Origin: Clostridia bacterium
GTDB lineage: Bacteria > Bacillota > Clostridia > TANB77 > CAG-508
Reading direction: 5' to 3'
Assembly: GCA_017429505.1 (NCBI GenBank)
Contig: JAFROW010000009.1
Location: forward strand, 103,337-167,336
Length of the DNA stretch: 64,000 nt
Position numbers and translations under genes: made by a program. Position 1 is the stretch's first letter; each line of letters starts with the position of its first letter. Positions 28,526-38,347 of the stretch are shown one piece after another. A model generated the notes under the pieces. That model was not told the origin of the DNA. It made no database searches and saw nothing but the letters and a program-made list of their open reading frames with translations.

Positions 28526-28915
28526 TATATAAATAATATATTTTTTATAAAAATTTGTAAAGCATTTTTCAAACCAAACAAAGTCTATGAAACATACTGA
28601 AATGTTTAGTTTATTACTTACGAAAATCAAAAATAAGCATTTTTTATAAATTATTCTATTTCTTTTGACTAAAATTGTTGCTAAAATGCATTGTGATAAA
28701 ACCTCAGCTTACTATCAAAAAAGGGGGTGCGTAGAAATTTATTGTAAAAATAAATATATAATGTTTCTTTTCAAATTATGATCAGCAGTAAATTGTAACT
28801 ACTATTTAATAGTTTTAATCAGAAATCCGCCTTACAATACCTGCAAGTATCTTATTTGCTTGTTTATCTTATTATAAAATGAAACCAAATCTAATTTAAA
28901 AGGAAATGGTAATAT

Positions 28916-29143
28916 ATGGTAAAAGTAAATGTAGGAGAAATATTAAAAGAAAAAAAACGTTCTAAATATTGGCTTTGTAATCAAATGCAAATAACTATGC
29001 ATAATTTGAATAAAGTTATTTTAGGAGAGACTAAATCTATTTCTTTTAAATATATTCACGATTTTTGCAAATATTTAGAGTGCACACCTAACGAGCTGTT
29101 TACTATCGAAATTGAAGAAAATATAGAAGATGATATTTATTAA
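28916..29143 (+). CDS. XRE/Cro-type helix-turn-helix transcriptional regulator
   Basis: The 75-aa product reads LKEKKRSKYWLCNQMQITMHNLNKVILGETKSISFKYIHDFCKYLECTPNELF, the HTH_3/HTH_26 pattern. Confidence 0.8.
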   Translation: MVKVNVGEILKEKKRSKYWLCNQMQITMHNLNKVILGETKSISFKYIHDFCKYLECTPNELFTIEIEENIEDDIY

Positions 29144-29165
29144 ATTATAACATATCGTCTTTTTC

Positions 29166-29196
29166 AAAAAACTATCCGTTGGACGGATAGTTTTTT
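29166..29196 (+). terminator. Rho-independent terminator after the XRE gene
   Basis: AAAAACTATCCG-TTGGA-CGGATAGTTTTT, followed by a T-run. Confidence 0.7.
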
Positions 29197-29266
29197 ATTT
29201 ACTATTTATTTTTTTAACAATAATCCAACACAAAACATTTGTTATTAATAAAAACATATAATTTTC

Positions 29267-29295
29267 TTGTATTTTTATAAATTATATCGTATAAT
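29267..29295 (+). promoter_or_regulatory. Sigma-A type promoter candidate for the GNAT genes
   Basis: TTGTAT (29267-29272), a 17-nt spacer, then TATAAT (29290-29295). Confidence 0.5.
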
Positions 29296-29378
29296 AGTTG
29301 TAAGTATTTAAAGAAGTATTCAAATAATACTACTCTAGAAATGTATTAATATTTAAATAAAAATAGGAGGAAACCAAA

Positions 29379-29924
29379 ATGAAAAAATATGAAGGTGATT
29401 ATAGTAAAACATTAGAAACTGAAAGATTAATTTTAAGGAAATATAATAAAGATGACTTTGAAATGTTATATAAAAACTATGTTAGTGATGAAAATGTTCC
29501 AAAATATTGTACATGGAATCCTTGTAAAACGCAAGAAGAAGCAAATGAATTGTTAAGTAGTTGGTACAGAGGATATGAAGATCCAGAAAAATTAATGTGG
29601 ATGATTGTAGAAAAATCATCAAATCAAGGAATCGGAATAATAAGAGTTACAAATAAATGGTTAGAAGAAAATAAATGTGAAATCGGATATAGTATAGGTT
29701 CAAAATGGTGGAATAAAGGATATATGACAGAAGCAGTAACTGAATTAATATATTATTTAACTAGAGAAATTGGATTTCATACCATAGTAGCCGAAGAAGT
29801 ATCAGTGGATAATATTGGTTCGAGAAAAGTACTAGAAAAAGTGGGATTAAAGCAATATAAAAGCCAAGATGGAAAGCTATATTATAAATATACTAGTAAA
29901 GAAATAGAAGATGAGAGGATTTGA
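29379..29924 (+). CDS. GNAT family N-acetyltransferase (RimJ/RimL-like)
   Basis: TERLILRKYNKDDFEMLY is the typical RimJ-like N-terminus. IGYSIGSKWWNKGYMTEAV is the acetyl-CoA binding region. An RBS is present (AGGAGGAAA). Confidence 0.8.
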   Translation: MKKYEGDYSKTLETERLILRKYNKDDFEMLYKNYVSDENVPKYCTWNPCKTQEEANELLSSWYRGYEDPEKLMWMIVEKSSNQGIGIIRVTNKWLEENKCEIGYSIGSKWWNKGYMTEAVTELIYYLTREIGFHTIVAEEVSVDNIGSRKVLEKVGLKQYKSQDGKLYYKYTSKEIEDERI

Positions 29925-29978
29925 GTAATTATGAATGACATCTAAAAAATTATAGATTACAATTTTGAAGGTCAGAGA

Positions 29979-30728
29979 TTGCTTTTAAAAAATTTCAAAC
30001 GAATTTATGATGAAAGATTTACTATAATGTATTTAGACGAATTCAATGATGATTATCTGAATATAGCAATAAATTTAAAATCAAAAAATGCAGAAGAATT
30101 TGAAAAAGATTTTTATAAAATAAAAGAAATAATGAATAGCAAAAATAGAAAAACATCGATTATTATAAATCATAATCATTTATTAAAAATCGTAGATTAT
30201 AGAGCAAAAGGACTTAAAATTTCTGATGATAGTGTATGGCTAATGATTGAAAATTTTAAGAATTTTCCTAAATATAAAAGTGATATTCCAATAGTTATTT
30301 CAAAAATTACTAAGCAAGAAGAAAAAGATTATCCATATATAGTCAATAATGGATTTACAAAAAATAGCGAACAAGATCCGTATGATGGATTATCAGAAAG
30401 TGTAATTCAAGCAATAAAAAATAGCTGTTACATAAATGGTCAATTTATTACAGAACATTACGTTGCTAAATACAATAATAAAATAGTCGGAACCATGACA
30501 ATTATGTATGAAAAAAATATTGCATATATTTATAATGTTACAACTAATATTGATTATAGAAAAAATGGTATATGCAAAAAGTTAATGTCACACATATTAG
30601 AAAGATTAATGGAACTTGGTATAAATAAAGCTGTTTTACAAACAGAAAAAGGGTTTTATCCAGAAAAAATTTACAAAAGTCTAGGATTTAAAAAAATATT
30701 AAGAGCAGTTAAATATACAGAAAAATAA
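29979..30728 (+). CDS. GNAT domain protein (C-terminal acetyltransferase fold)
   Basis: The C-terminus reads IYNVTTNIDYRKNGICKKLMSHILERLMELGINKAVLQT...YKSLGFKK, a motif A-like segment. The start codon (TTG 29979) is uncertain. Confidence 0.6.
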   Translation: MLLKNFKRIYDERFTIMYLDEFNDDYLNIAINLKSKNAEEFEKDFYKIKEIMNSKNRKTSIIINHNHLLKIVDYRAKGLKISDDSVWLMIENFKNFPKYKSDIPIVISKITKQEEKDYPYIVNNGFTKNSEQDPYDGLSESVIQAIKNSCYINGQFITEHYVAKYNNKIVGTMTIMYEKNIAYIYNVTTNIDYRKNGICKKLMSHILERLMELGINKAVLQTEKGFYPEKIYKSLGFKKILRAVKYTEK

Positions 30729-30812
30729 TTTTTTTTGAATAATAAAAAAAATATATGGAAAAATAATAATTATAGTGATATAATAATAAAAAATTACAAG
30801 GGAGGAATTAAA

Positions 30813-32213
30813 TTGGAAGATAATTTAGAAAACAAATTAACTAGTAAAAAACAATCTGGATGGTTAGAAACAGATGATAATAAGTTTAATCAAATATTTT
30901 CATTTTGTGATTGTTATATGAATTTTTTAAATCATTCAAAAACTGAAAGAGAATTTGCATTTAATGCTAAACAACTTGCAGAAGAAAATGGCTTTAGAGA
31001 CATAAATACTATTCAAACACTTAATGAAGGAGATAAAGTTTACTATTTAAATAGAGAAAAAAGTGTGTATTTAGCAATAATCGGCAAACAGCCTATAGAA
31101 AATGGTTTGCACATAGTAGGTGCACATATTGATTCCCCAAGAATAGATTTAAAACCAAATCCATTATATGAAGATGGAGAACTTGCATATTTTAATACAC
31201 ATTACTATGGTGGAATTAAAAAATATCAATGGACAACAATTCCTTTAAGTATACATGGAGTAATAATTAAAGCAAATGGTGAAAAAATAACAATAAATAT
31301 TGGAGAAGATGCTAATGACCCAATATTTACAATTACTGACTTATTACCACACTTAGCTAGAGAGCAATCAACAAAAAAATTGGGCGAAGCAATTGAAGGA
31401 GAAAATCTAAATTTATTAATCGGAAGTATTCCAATTTTAGATAAAAACGTAAAAGAAAAAGTAAAACTTAATATATTAAAAATATTAAATGAAAAATACG
31501 GCTTAATAGAAGATGATTTTGTAAGCTCAGAATTAGAACTTGTTCCAAGTTTCAAAGCTCGTTCTTTAGGATTTGACTATGGAATGGTAGCAGCCTATGG
31601 TCAGGATGACAAATTATGTAGCTATACATCTTTAAAAGCATTAATGGAATTAAATACCCCTGAAAAAACAGCAGTATGTATTCTTACAGATAAAGAAGAA
31701 ATAGGTAGCTATGGTAACACTGGTATGAAATCACATGTATTTGATTATTTTATATCAGAGATTTTAAATAAAAAGGGAGAAAATAAACCTAATTTACTTG
31801 ATAAAGTCTTTTGCCATTCTAAAATGTTATCTGCAGATGTTGATGGAGGATATGACCCTTTATATAGAAATGTATCAGACAAATATAATTCAAGCTTTTT
31901 ATCTAAAGGAATTACATTAAACAAATATACTGGAGTAAGAGGAAAATCTGGAGCATCTGATGCAAATGCGGAATATGTAGCATGGGTAAGAAATTTACTA
32001 GAACAAAATAATATAAAATATCAAGTAACTGAACTTGGAAAAGTTGATGAAGGAGGCGGAGGAACAATTGCATATATGCTTGCAAATAAAGGTGTAGATG
32101 TTATAGATTGTGGGGCTGCTGTACTTTCAATGCATGCGCCATATGAAGTCGCAAGTAAGTTCGACATTTATGAAGCATATAGAGCATATAAAGCATTTTG
32201 GGAATCTGTCTGA
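30813..32213 (+). CDS. M18 family aminopeptidase (aspartyl aminopeptidase-like)
   Basis: GAHIDSPRIDLKPNP, HYYGGIKKYQW, DKEEIGS and SMHAPYE are blocks typical of peptidase M18. The likely start is TTG 30813, 5 nt after a GGGAGGA RBS. The upstream 26 codons of the track ORF lack an RBS. Confidence 0.85.
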   Translation: MEDNLENKLTSKKQSGWLETDDNKFNQIFSFCDCYMNFLNHSKTEREFAFNAKQLAEENGFRDINTIQTLNEGDKVYYLNREKSVYLAIIGKQPIENGLHIVGAHIDSPRIDLKPNPLYEDGELAYFNTHYYGGIKKYQWTTIPLSIHGVIIKANGEKITINIGEDANDPIFTITDLLPHLAREQSTKKLGEAIEGENLNLLIGSIPILDKNVKEKVKLNILKILNEKYGLIEDDFVSSELELVPSFKARSLGFDYGMVAAYGQDDKLCSYTSLKALMELNTPEKTAVCILTDKEEIGSYGNTGMKSHVFDYFISEILNKKGENKPNLLDKVFCHSKMLSADVDGGYDPLYRNVSDKYNSSFLSKGITLNKYTGVRGKSGASDANAEYVAWVRNLLEQNNIKYQVTELGKVDEGGGGTIAYMLANKGVDVIDCGAAVLSMHAPYEVASKFDIYEAYRAYKAFWESV

Positions 32214-32230
32214 ATATAAATATTAATCCC

Positions 32231-32265
32231 AAAACACACAATTCTACTACATTGTGTGTTTTTTA
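32231..32265 (+). terminator. Rho-independent terminator after the aminopeptidase gene
   Basis: AAAACACACAAT-TCTACTAC-ATTGTGTGTTTT, followed by TTT. Confidence 0.75.
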
Positions 32266-32421
32266 ATGCTTGATATAATACACTTTTTATGATAAAATTA
32301 TAATACAAAATTTGAAAGGGAAACAAATAAAAGAAAAACAATTTGATTTTTATGAAAATAAATATTTTTATATTAATAATAAAAATGAAAAATATATATT
32401 GACTAACACAAATAAAATGAG

Positions 32422-33198
32422 GTGATTATTGTGCAAAATAGCAAAGATTTTTTAGGAAAGATAGTAAATGTAAAAGTTGATAAAATGTTAGGCTCAAAGC
32501 ATTCAGAAAAATATCCAAACCATATTTATCCTGTAAATTATGGTTATGTCCCAAATACGATAAGTGGAGATGGAAAAGAGCTAGATTGCTATATATTAGG
32601 CGTTTATGAACCTGTAATAGAGTTTTCAGGTCGATGCATAGCAATAATTCATAGATTTAGTGAAGATGATGATAAATTAATTATCGTTCCTGATGGTAGA
32701 AATTTTACAAATAAAGAAATTCGTGTTTTAACAGAGTTTCAAGAAAGATTTTTTGAAAGTATAATTATCCGTGAAGATGGTTATTTAGAATTTAGTAAAA
32801 ATATTCCTGAGCTTTCTGTTACAAATCTTGAAAAAAGCTTAGATTTTTATAAAACTATGGGGTTTAAGATTGAATATGAAAGACCTGAAAATAAATTTGC
32901 ATTTATATCTTTAGATGAAATACAATTTATGTTACAAGAAATTGCGGATGATGATAAATGGGATGTTGCTCCTCTTTCTTACCCCTTTGGAAATGGGATT
33001 AATTTTCAGCTAGAGGTTGAAAATCTAGATGAAATTTATTCTAATTTAAAAAATAACAATTATAGAATTGCATTTGACATAGAAGAAAATTGGTATAGAC
33101 AAGGTGACAAATTACTTGGTAATAAGGAATTTCTAGTTCAAGACCCTGATGGATATTTGATAAGGATTTCTCAGGATTTGGGACAAAAAAATGCATAG
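32422..33198 (+). CDS. Fusion of an inorganic-pyrophosphatase-like N-domain and a VOC/glyoxalase-bleomycin-resistance-like C-domain
   Basis: N-terminal: KVDKMLGSKH...YPVNYGYVPNTISGDGKELDCYILG, a family I PPase-like pattern. C-terminal: PELSVTNLEKSLDFYKTMGFKIEYE...LVQDPDGYLIRI, the VOC pattern. The start may be GTG 32431 rather than 32422. Confidence 0.55.
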   Translation: MIIVQNSKDFLGKIVNVKVDKMLGSKHSEKYPNHIYPVNYGYVPNTISGDGKELDCYILGVYEPVIEFSGRCIAIIHRFSEDDDKLIIVPDGRNFTNKEIRVLTEFQERFFESIIIREDGYLEFSKNIPELSVTNLEKSLDFYKTMGFKIEYERPENKFAFISLDEIQFMLQEIADDDKWDVAPLSYPFGNGINFQLEVENLDEIYSNLKNNNYRIAFDIEENWYRQGDKLLGNKEFLVQDPDGYLIRISQDLGQKNA

Positions 33199-33254
33199 CG
33201 TTAAATTTTATCACAATGAAATAATATAAGATTTACAATAAGTCGAGTAACGAG

Positions 33255-33286
33255 TTGAGGTTCCAAATTGGAACCTCAAGTTTTTA
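33255..33286 (+). terminator. Rho-independent terminator
   Basis: TTGAGGTTCCA-AAT-TGGAACCTCAA, followed by GTTTTT. Confidence 0.75.
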
Positions 33287-33320
33287 ATTTAAACTTTTTA
33301 CTATGACACAAGCTGTGACA

Positions 33321-33509
33321 TCATATTGCTATTTTTTCTTTTCTACATTTTCTTATTTCTTTTCTTACTTTTTCTGCCTCTTTATTATAATAACTTCTTC
33401 TTTCCTTTACTGACATATCTTTAGTCATTTCATGATAGTACTCTCTAACTTTATGAATATCATCTACTGAAAAGCTTCCTTTTTCAATAACTAACTTATT
33501 CATTTCCAT
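33321..33509 (-). CDS. 62-aa basic coiled-coil protein, possible partner of the upstream PIN protein
   Basis: It overlaps the PIN gene stop by 14 nt, which suggests translational coupling. No motif was recognised. Confidence 0.4.
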   Translation of the reverse strand: MEMNKLVIEKGSFSVDDIHKVREYYHEMTKDMSVKERRSYYNKEAEKVRKEIRKCRKEKIAI

Positions 33510-33993
33510 CGTCCTCCTTTTCTAATAATATATTAGGTGAATATATATCTATAATTTTGTTAAAACTTCTACTAAAGCATATTTTTCTTACACCATTTAT
33601 TGTCTTTATATTTACTAGATGCTTAAAGTTCCAGGATAAGATTATATCTGATTCTGATAAAATAGCTGCTGCAATATGCGATGCATCTTCAATGCTTTTT
33701 GGGCTTAAAATATCTTCTTGCACAATTAGTCCTGCCAATTCATCTACATCATCATTATTAGCATCATATTCGATATAATCCAATTGTGATATATAATATA
33801 TTAAATTCATAAATTTTTCTTTATCACATTTTGCAATTTCTGCTAAAGTTATACTTGATATTACAATCTCATATTTGCCTGTTGCTAATATATTCCATAA
33901 TTCTCTAGTCTCTTGCATCCTCTCAGGTGCATCTTGTTGGTCTAAATAACTTATAACTGACGTATCTAAATATACTCTAATTTTCTTTTTCAT
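33496..33993 (-). CDS. PIN domain protein (VapC-like ribonuclease fold)
   Basis: The pattern of conserved acidic residues fits a PIN fold: IRVYLDTSVISYL (first Asp), ITLAEI, EDASHIAAAI and ILSWNFKHL. Confidence 0.7.
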   Translation of the reverse strand: MKKKIRVYLDTSVISYLDQQDAPERMQETRELWNILATGKYEIVISSITLAEIAKCDKEKFMNLIYYISQLDYIEYDANNDDVDELAGLIVQEDILSPKSIEDASHIAAAILSESDIILSWNFKHLVNIKTINGVRKICFSRSFNKIIDIYSPNILLEKEDDGNE

Positions 33994-34277
33994 AAATTCA
34001 CAAACTCCTCTATTATTAGTATAGCATAAAAAATGAATTTTATCTACATATTTTCAAAAATTTGTAAATATGCATACTTTTTAATTCATTTTACTATAGT
34101 GCTATTATACAACATTTTTTAGTTTTAGGGTCGCTTTGCAGGCGACATTTTAGATAATTGTCTTTTTAAAAAAATTCATTGACAAATTCTTATTTAAGAT
34201 GTTATACTTTAAATACATTAGGAACTAGTAATATCAGTAGTTTTCATTATCTTAATTTTTTATAGAAAGGATATTTT

Positions 34278-35204
34278 ATGTTAGATTTTAATGCAATAAT
34301 AGAGAATGCATTTAATGAAAAATTTGAAATTTTAAAAGAAATAAAATTCGGATTAACATGTCAAACTTATTTAGTTAAGGTAAAAAATAACAAATATATT
34401 TTTCAAATTTATACAGACAAAAGACTTTACCAAGCAAAGAAAAAGTATAATATACTAAATAAAATTGATAGTAAATTTATCCCTAAAGCTATAAAAGTTG
34501 AAGAAAATGAGGAATATTCCTATTTAATTACTGAATATTTTGAGGGGAAGAGCTTACATTATTATAGACGTACAGATTCCGAATTTTCATTAAAAAATAT
34601 TTCAAATGAGTTGGCGTTTGTTTTAGGGCAAATTCATAATATATCTGATATAGACAAATTTGGGTGGATTAATGATAACTATGTAAATACTCAAAATAGC
34701 CTTGTTGATTATATAAAAAATGAATTTAATAGGTTAAGTAAAAATTTTGAAAATATTGATGTAGAAATAAAGCAAAATATTTTTAAAAAAGTAAAAAATG
34801 CTATTGAAATTATAGAAAGAAAAAGTAAATATATTACAAGACCAGTTTTATGTTGGTATGATATAAATCCAGGAAATATATTGATAAACCAAAAAAATGG
34901 AGTATATAATTTGAATGCACTAATTGACCCCGGAGGTGCAAGATACGGCGTGCCAGAATGGGATATTGCATTTATGAAAATGCAAGTTTGTAGAAGTAAA
35001 GATGAATTTGACTATTTTTTTTATAAATATATTAAGCTAAATCCACAAATACATATTGATATTGAACTTGTAAATGCATTATCAATAATAGTTGAATTTG
35101 ATGTAATGTCAATCGAATTGGCAGAAGATGTGCTTATTTTGCCTATTCCATATGATACAAATTTTAGGGATGAGATTGAGTTTATACATGAAAGGATAAT
35201 ATAG
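34278..35204 (+). CDS. Aminoglycoside phosphotransferase (APH)/choline-kinase-like family kinase
   Basis: LCWYDINPGNILIN is a Brenner-type catalytic loop. LIDPGGARYGVPEWDIA is the DxG/metal-binding region with an APH-like tail. Confidence 0.75.
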   Translation: MLDFNAIIENAFNEKFEILKEIKFGLTCQTYLVKVKNNKYIFQIYTDKRLYQAKKKYNILNKIDSKFIPKAIKVEENEEYSYLITEYFEGKSLHYYRRTDSEFSLKNISNELAFVLGQIHNISDIDKFGWINDNYVNTQNSLVDYIKNEFNRLSKNFENIDVEIKQNIFKKVKNAIEIIERKSKYITRPVLCWYDINPGNILINQKNGVYNLNALIDPGGARYGVPEWDIAFMKMQVCRSKDEFDYFFYKYIKLNPQIHIDIELVNALSIIVEFDVMSIELAEDVLILPIPYDTNFRDEIEFIHERII

Positions 35205-35293
35205 GTTTTCATCACCAATGAAATTATACTATATGATCTATAAATTGTCACCCTACATTTTGTAGAATTCTTTAATTTTATTTTAACACCTTT

Positions 35294-35492
35294 GTTACTA
35301 GTTAATATATTTTCGTTAAAATAATAAATTTATTAGTTTTAATATATATTTCTTAAGTAATGCGCGTAAGCGACCAAACGAACAAAGTGAGTGCGAATTG
35401 GAGTAACTTACAGACAAGTGATTTTATAATTTGGAAGTTGCGACCCACAAGCATTACAAGAGAAATATATATTAAAACCATTAACTAGTAAC
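35294..35492. repeat. Palindromic intergenic element, copy E2, upstream of mgtA
   Basis: Inner arms GTTTTAATATATATTTCT..TAATGC (35337-35363) and 35451-35478 are reverse complements over 28 nt with one 4-nt mismatched patch. Outer arms are GTTACTAGTTAA (35294-35305) and TTAACTAGTAAC (35481-35492). The core is GC-richer and ends ...GCGAC..., as in E1. Confidence 0.6.
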
Positions 35493-35520
35493 ACACCTTT
35501 CAAAAATTTTAAAAAACCAA

Positions 35521-35549
35521 TTGATTTTATACTTTTATAGCTATATAAT
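35521..35549 (+). promoter_or_regulatory. Sigma-A type promoter candidate for mgtA
   Basis: TTGATT (35521-35526), a 17-nt spacer, then TATAAT (35544-35549). This would give a leader of about 170 nt. Confidence 0.5.
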
Positions 35550-35723
35550 ATCTAGTATACACATACTCAAAAATCAATTAAAATAACTTAATTATTTATA
35601 TAAAATGGATATTTTCCTTCAAAATACCCATACTAACATAAATACTAGAAAAAATAATAACATTAAATCTCAAGTTATTATTTAAAGCACTAATTCTTAA
35701 TTAAGAAAACGGAGATGAATTAA

Positions 35724-38336
35724 ATGTCAAATAAAGAAAACAAAGAAGATGTAAATATTCAAAAACTTTACGGAAAAGAAGGAACTCTTGCAAAGGACGA
35801 GTTTTTAAAAGAGTATAATATAGATATAAATGGGCTTTCCACAAAAGAAGCTGGGTCAAGATTAGAAAAATATGGGCCAAATGAGATAAGTAGCGCTAAA
35901 CCTAAAAAGTGGTATCATTATTTAAAAGAGAGCTTGTTTAGTCCATTTAATAGTATTTTGCTTGGAATTGTGGCGATTTTATTTTACACAGATGTGTATT
36001 TGCCAGAAAAGCCAAGTTATGCAAATATTATAGTAATATTTATTTTAGTTACTGCAAGTACATTGTTAGAATTCTTTGAAGAATTTCGCTCTAATCAAGC
36101 TGCAGAAAAATTAAAAGAGCTAGTTGCCACAACTACAACAGTTATAAGAGATGGAACAGAAACTGAAATTCCTGTAAAAGATGTAACAATTGGAGATATA
36201 GTTGTTTTATCTGCTGGAAGTATGATCCCTGCAGACCTTAGAATTATCGAGTCTAAAGATATCTATGTTGGTCAATCTTCTTTAACAGGCGAATCTGATG
36301 CAGTAAGAAAACTTGCCTTCACTGATTTAAAAGAAAGAGATATAAACAGCTTATCTGACTTAGATACGATTTGTTTCATGGGAACAAATGTAATAAGTGG
36401 CTCTGGAAAATGTGCAGTTATTAAAACAGCTAATAGCACATATTTTGGAAAAATTGCTCATACTCTTAAAAGCTCAAAACCAAAATCTTCATTTCAAAAA
36501 GGAATTGAAGATATAAGTAAATTGCTTATTCGTTTTATGCTTATTTTAACACCAATAGTTTTCGTCTTAAATGCTTGGAAACATGCACCTGTAACAGCTT
36601 TCACATTTGCTGTAGCAATTGCAATTTGTATTACACCTTTGCTTCTTCCTGTAATTCTATCTTCAAGTTTGTCTAAAGGTGCTGTAAAAATGTCTAAAAA
36701 GAAAACTATTGTTAAAAAACTTGATTCTATTCAAAGTTTTGGCGGAATGAACATTTTGTGCACAGATAAAACAGGGACTTTGACTGAAGATAAAATAGTA
36801 CTTGAAAAATACCTTGATATAAATGGTGACGAAGATATTAGAATTTTAAAACACGCTTTCCTAAATTCATATTTTCAAACAGGATTAAGAGGAAATATTG
36901 ATGAAGCTGTTGTAAATAGAGCCTTAAAAAATGATATGGGAGAATATGTTGACAAATACAAATTAGTTGATGAAATACCTTTTGACTTTACACGTAGGCG
37001 TTTGTCTGTAATTGTTACAGATGGCACTAAAAGACAAATGATTACAAAAGGTGCTGTTGAAGAGATTTTGGATTTATGTACATTAGTAGATTATAAAGGA
37101 AAAGTTTCTCCTATAAATAACAAAATAAAAGAAAATATTAAACAAATTTCTAAAAATTTAAATAAAGATGGATTAAGAGTAATAGCTGTATGCCAAAAAA
37201 ATGAATTAAGAGACACAACTATTTTTGATGTAAATGATGAAAAAGATATGGTGCTTCTAGGATTTATAGGATTTTTAGATCCACCAAAAGAAACAGCAAA
37301 ATCAGCTATTGAAAGACTTAATAAATCTGGAATTAGAGTAATAGTTTTAACAGGTGATAACCTAGAGGTTACAAAATGTATTTGCAAAAAAGTTGGAATC
37401 AATACTCAGGAAATAATTGAAGGAAGTCAAATAGAAAATCTTGAAGATAGTGGAGTTATAAGGCTTTTAAAACATAACAATATATTTGTTAAACTTTCAC
37501 CTATCCAAAAAGCAAGAATTGTAAGACTTTTAAAAAGTGCAGGAAATGTTGTAGGTTATATGGGAGATGGAATAAATGATGCTCCTTCACTTACGAACTC
37601 AGATGTTGGAATATCAGTCGACACAGCTGTTGATATTGCAAAAGAATCTGCAGATATAATTCTTTTAGAAAAAGATTTACATGTACTTGTAGATGGCGTG
37701 CAAGAAGGAAGAAAAACTTTTGGAAATTTAATGAAATATATAAAAATGGCAACAAGCTTTAATTTTGGAGAGGTAATGTCTGTAATCATTGCAAGTGTGC
37801 TTCTACCATTTTTACCAGAGACTCCAATACAACTGCTAGTTGAAGGTTTGCTTTATGACTTTGGACAATTAACACTTCCTTTAGATAATGTAGATAAAGA
37901 ATATTTAAGAAAACCTAGACAATTTAATCTAAAAAGTTTGAAAAACTTTATGCTATTTATGGGACCACTAAGTTCCGCTTTTGACTTAATTGTGTTTGCA
38001 TTTTTATGGTTTAAATTTAACTTAAGAGAAGCCGCACTTTTCCAAACAATTTGGTTTACCTATAGCATAGTTTCTAATTTACTTGGAATGCATATTATAA
38101 GAACTGCCAAAAAGCCTTTTGTAGAAAGTATTGCAAGTGGACCTGTATATTTTTCTTCATTGTTATTAATAATAATCGGTATTGCAGTCCCATTTACTTG
38201 GCTTGGAAATGTGATTGGATTAGTTCCAATTCCGATTAAATACATGTCTGTAATAATTGGAGTTCCAATACTATATTGTTTTGTAGCTCTAATTGCTAAA
38301 AAAATTTATATTAAAAAATATGGAGAATGGATCTAA
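35724..38336 (+). CDS. mgtA: Magnesium-translocating P-type ATPase (MgtA/MgtB family)
   Basis: ICTDKTGTLT is the phosphorylation site. TGES, MGDGINDAP and the N-terminal LSTKEAGSRLEKYGPNE are also present. Length and TM layout are typical of type IIIB Mg2+ ATPases. Confidence 0.9.
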   Translation: MSNKENKEDVNIQKLYGKEGTLAKDEFLKEYNIDINGLSTKEAGSRLEKYGPNEISSAKPKKWYHYLKESLFSPFNSILLGIVAILFYTDVYLPEKPSYANIIVIFILVTASTLLEFFEEFRSNQAAEKLKELVATTTTVIRDGTETEIPVKDVTIGDIVVLSAGSMIPADLRIIESKDIYVGQSSLTGESDAVRKLAFTDLKERDINSLSDLDTICFMGTNVISGSGKCAVIKTANSTYFGKIAHTLKSSKPKSSFQKGIEDISKLLIRFMLILTPIVFVLNAWKHAPVTAFTFAVAIAICITPLLLPVILSSSLSKGAVKMSKKKTIVKKLDSIQSFGGMNILCTDKTGTLTEDKIVLEKYLDINGDEDIRILKHAFLNSYFQTGLRGNIDEAVVNRALKNDMGEYVDKYKLVDEIPFDFTRRRLSVIVTDGTKRQMITKGAVEEILDLCTLVDYKGKVSPINNKIKENIKQISKNLNKDGLRVIAVCQKNELRDTTIFDVNDEKDMVLLGFIGFLDPPKETAKSAIERLNKSGIRVIVLTGDNLEVTKCICKKVGINTQEIIEGSQIENLEDSGVIRLLKHNNIFVKLSPIQKARIVRLLKSAGNVVGYMGDGINDAPSLTNSDVGISVDTAVDIAKESADIILLEKDLHVLVDGVQEGRKTFGNLMKYIKMATSFNFGEVMSVIIASVLLPFLPETPIQLLVEGLLYDFGQLTLPLDNVDKEYLRKPRQFNLKSLKNFMLFMGPLSSAFDLIVFAFLWFKFNLREAALFQTIWFTYSIVSNLLGMHIIRTAKKPFVESIASGPVYFSSLLLIIIGIAVPFTWLGNVIGLVPIPIKYMSVIIGVPILYCFVALIAKKIYIKKYGEWI

Positions 38337-38347
38337 TAGAAATAAAA

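Noticed and set aside
28409-28630. 73-aa minus-strand ORF in the 630-bp intergenic region
   Set aside because: It has no RBS, a Phe/Ile/Tyr/Lys-rich translation typical of AT-rich noncoding DNA, and it contains the direct repeats.
35500-35723. M-box (ykoK) riboswitch or leader-peptide control upstream of mgtA
   Set aside because: None of the conserved M-box sequence blocks I remember are present. The only upstream ORF (ATG 35605, about 26 codons) lacks an RBS and has no Pro-rich or other meaningful content. An Rfam scan is still needed.
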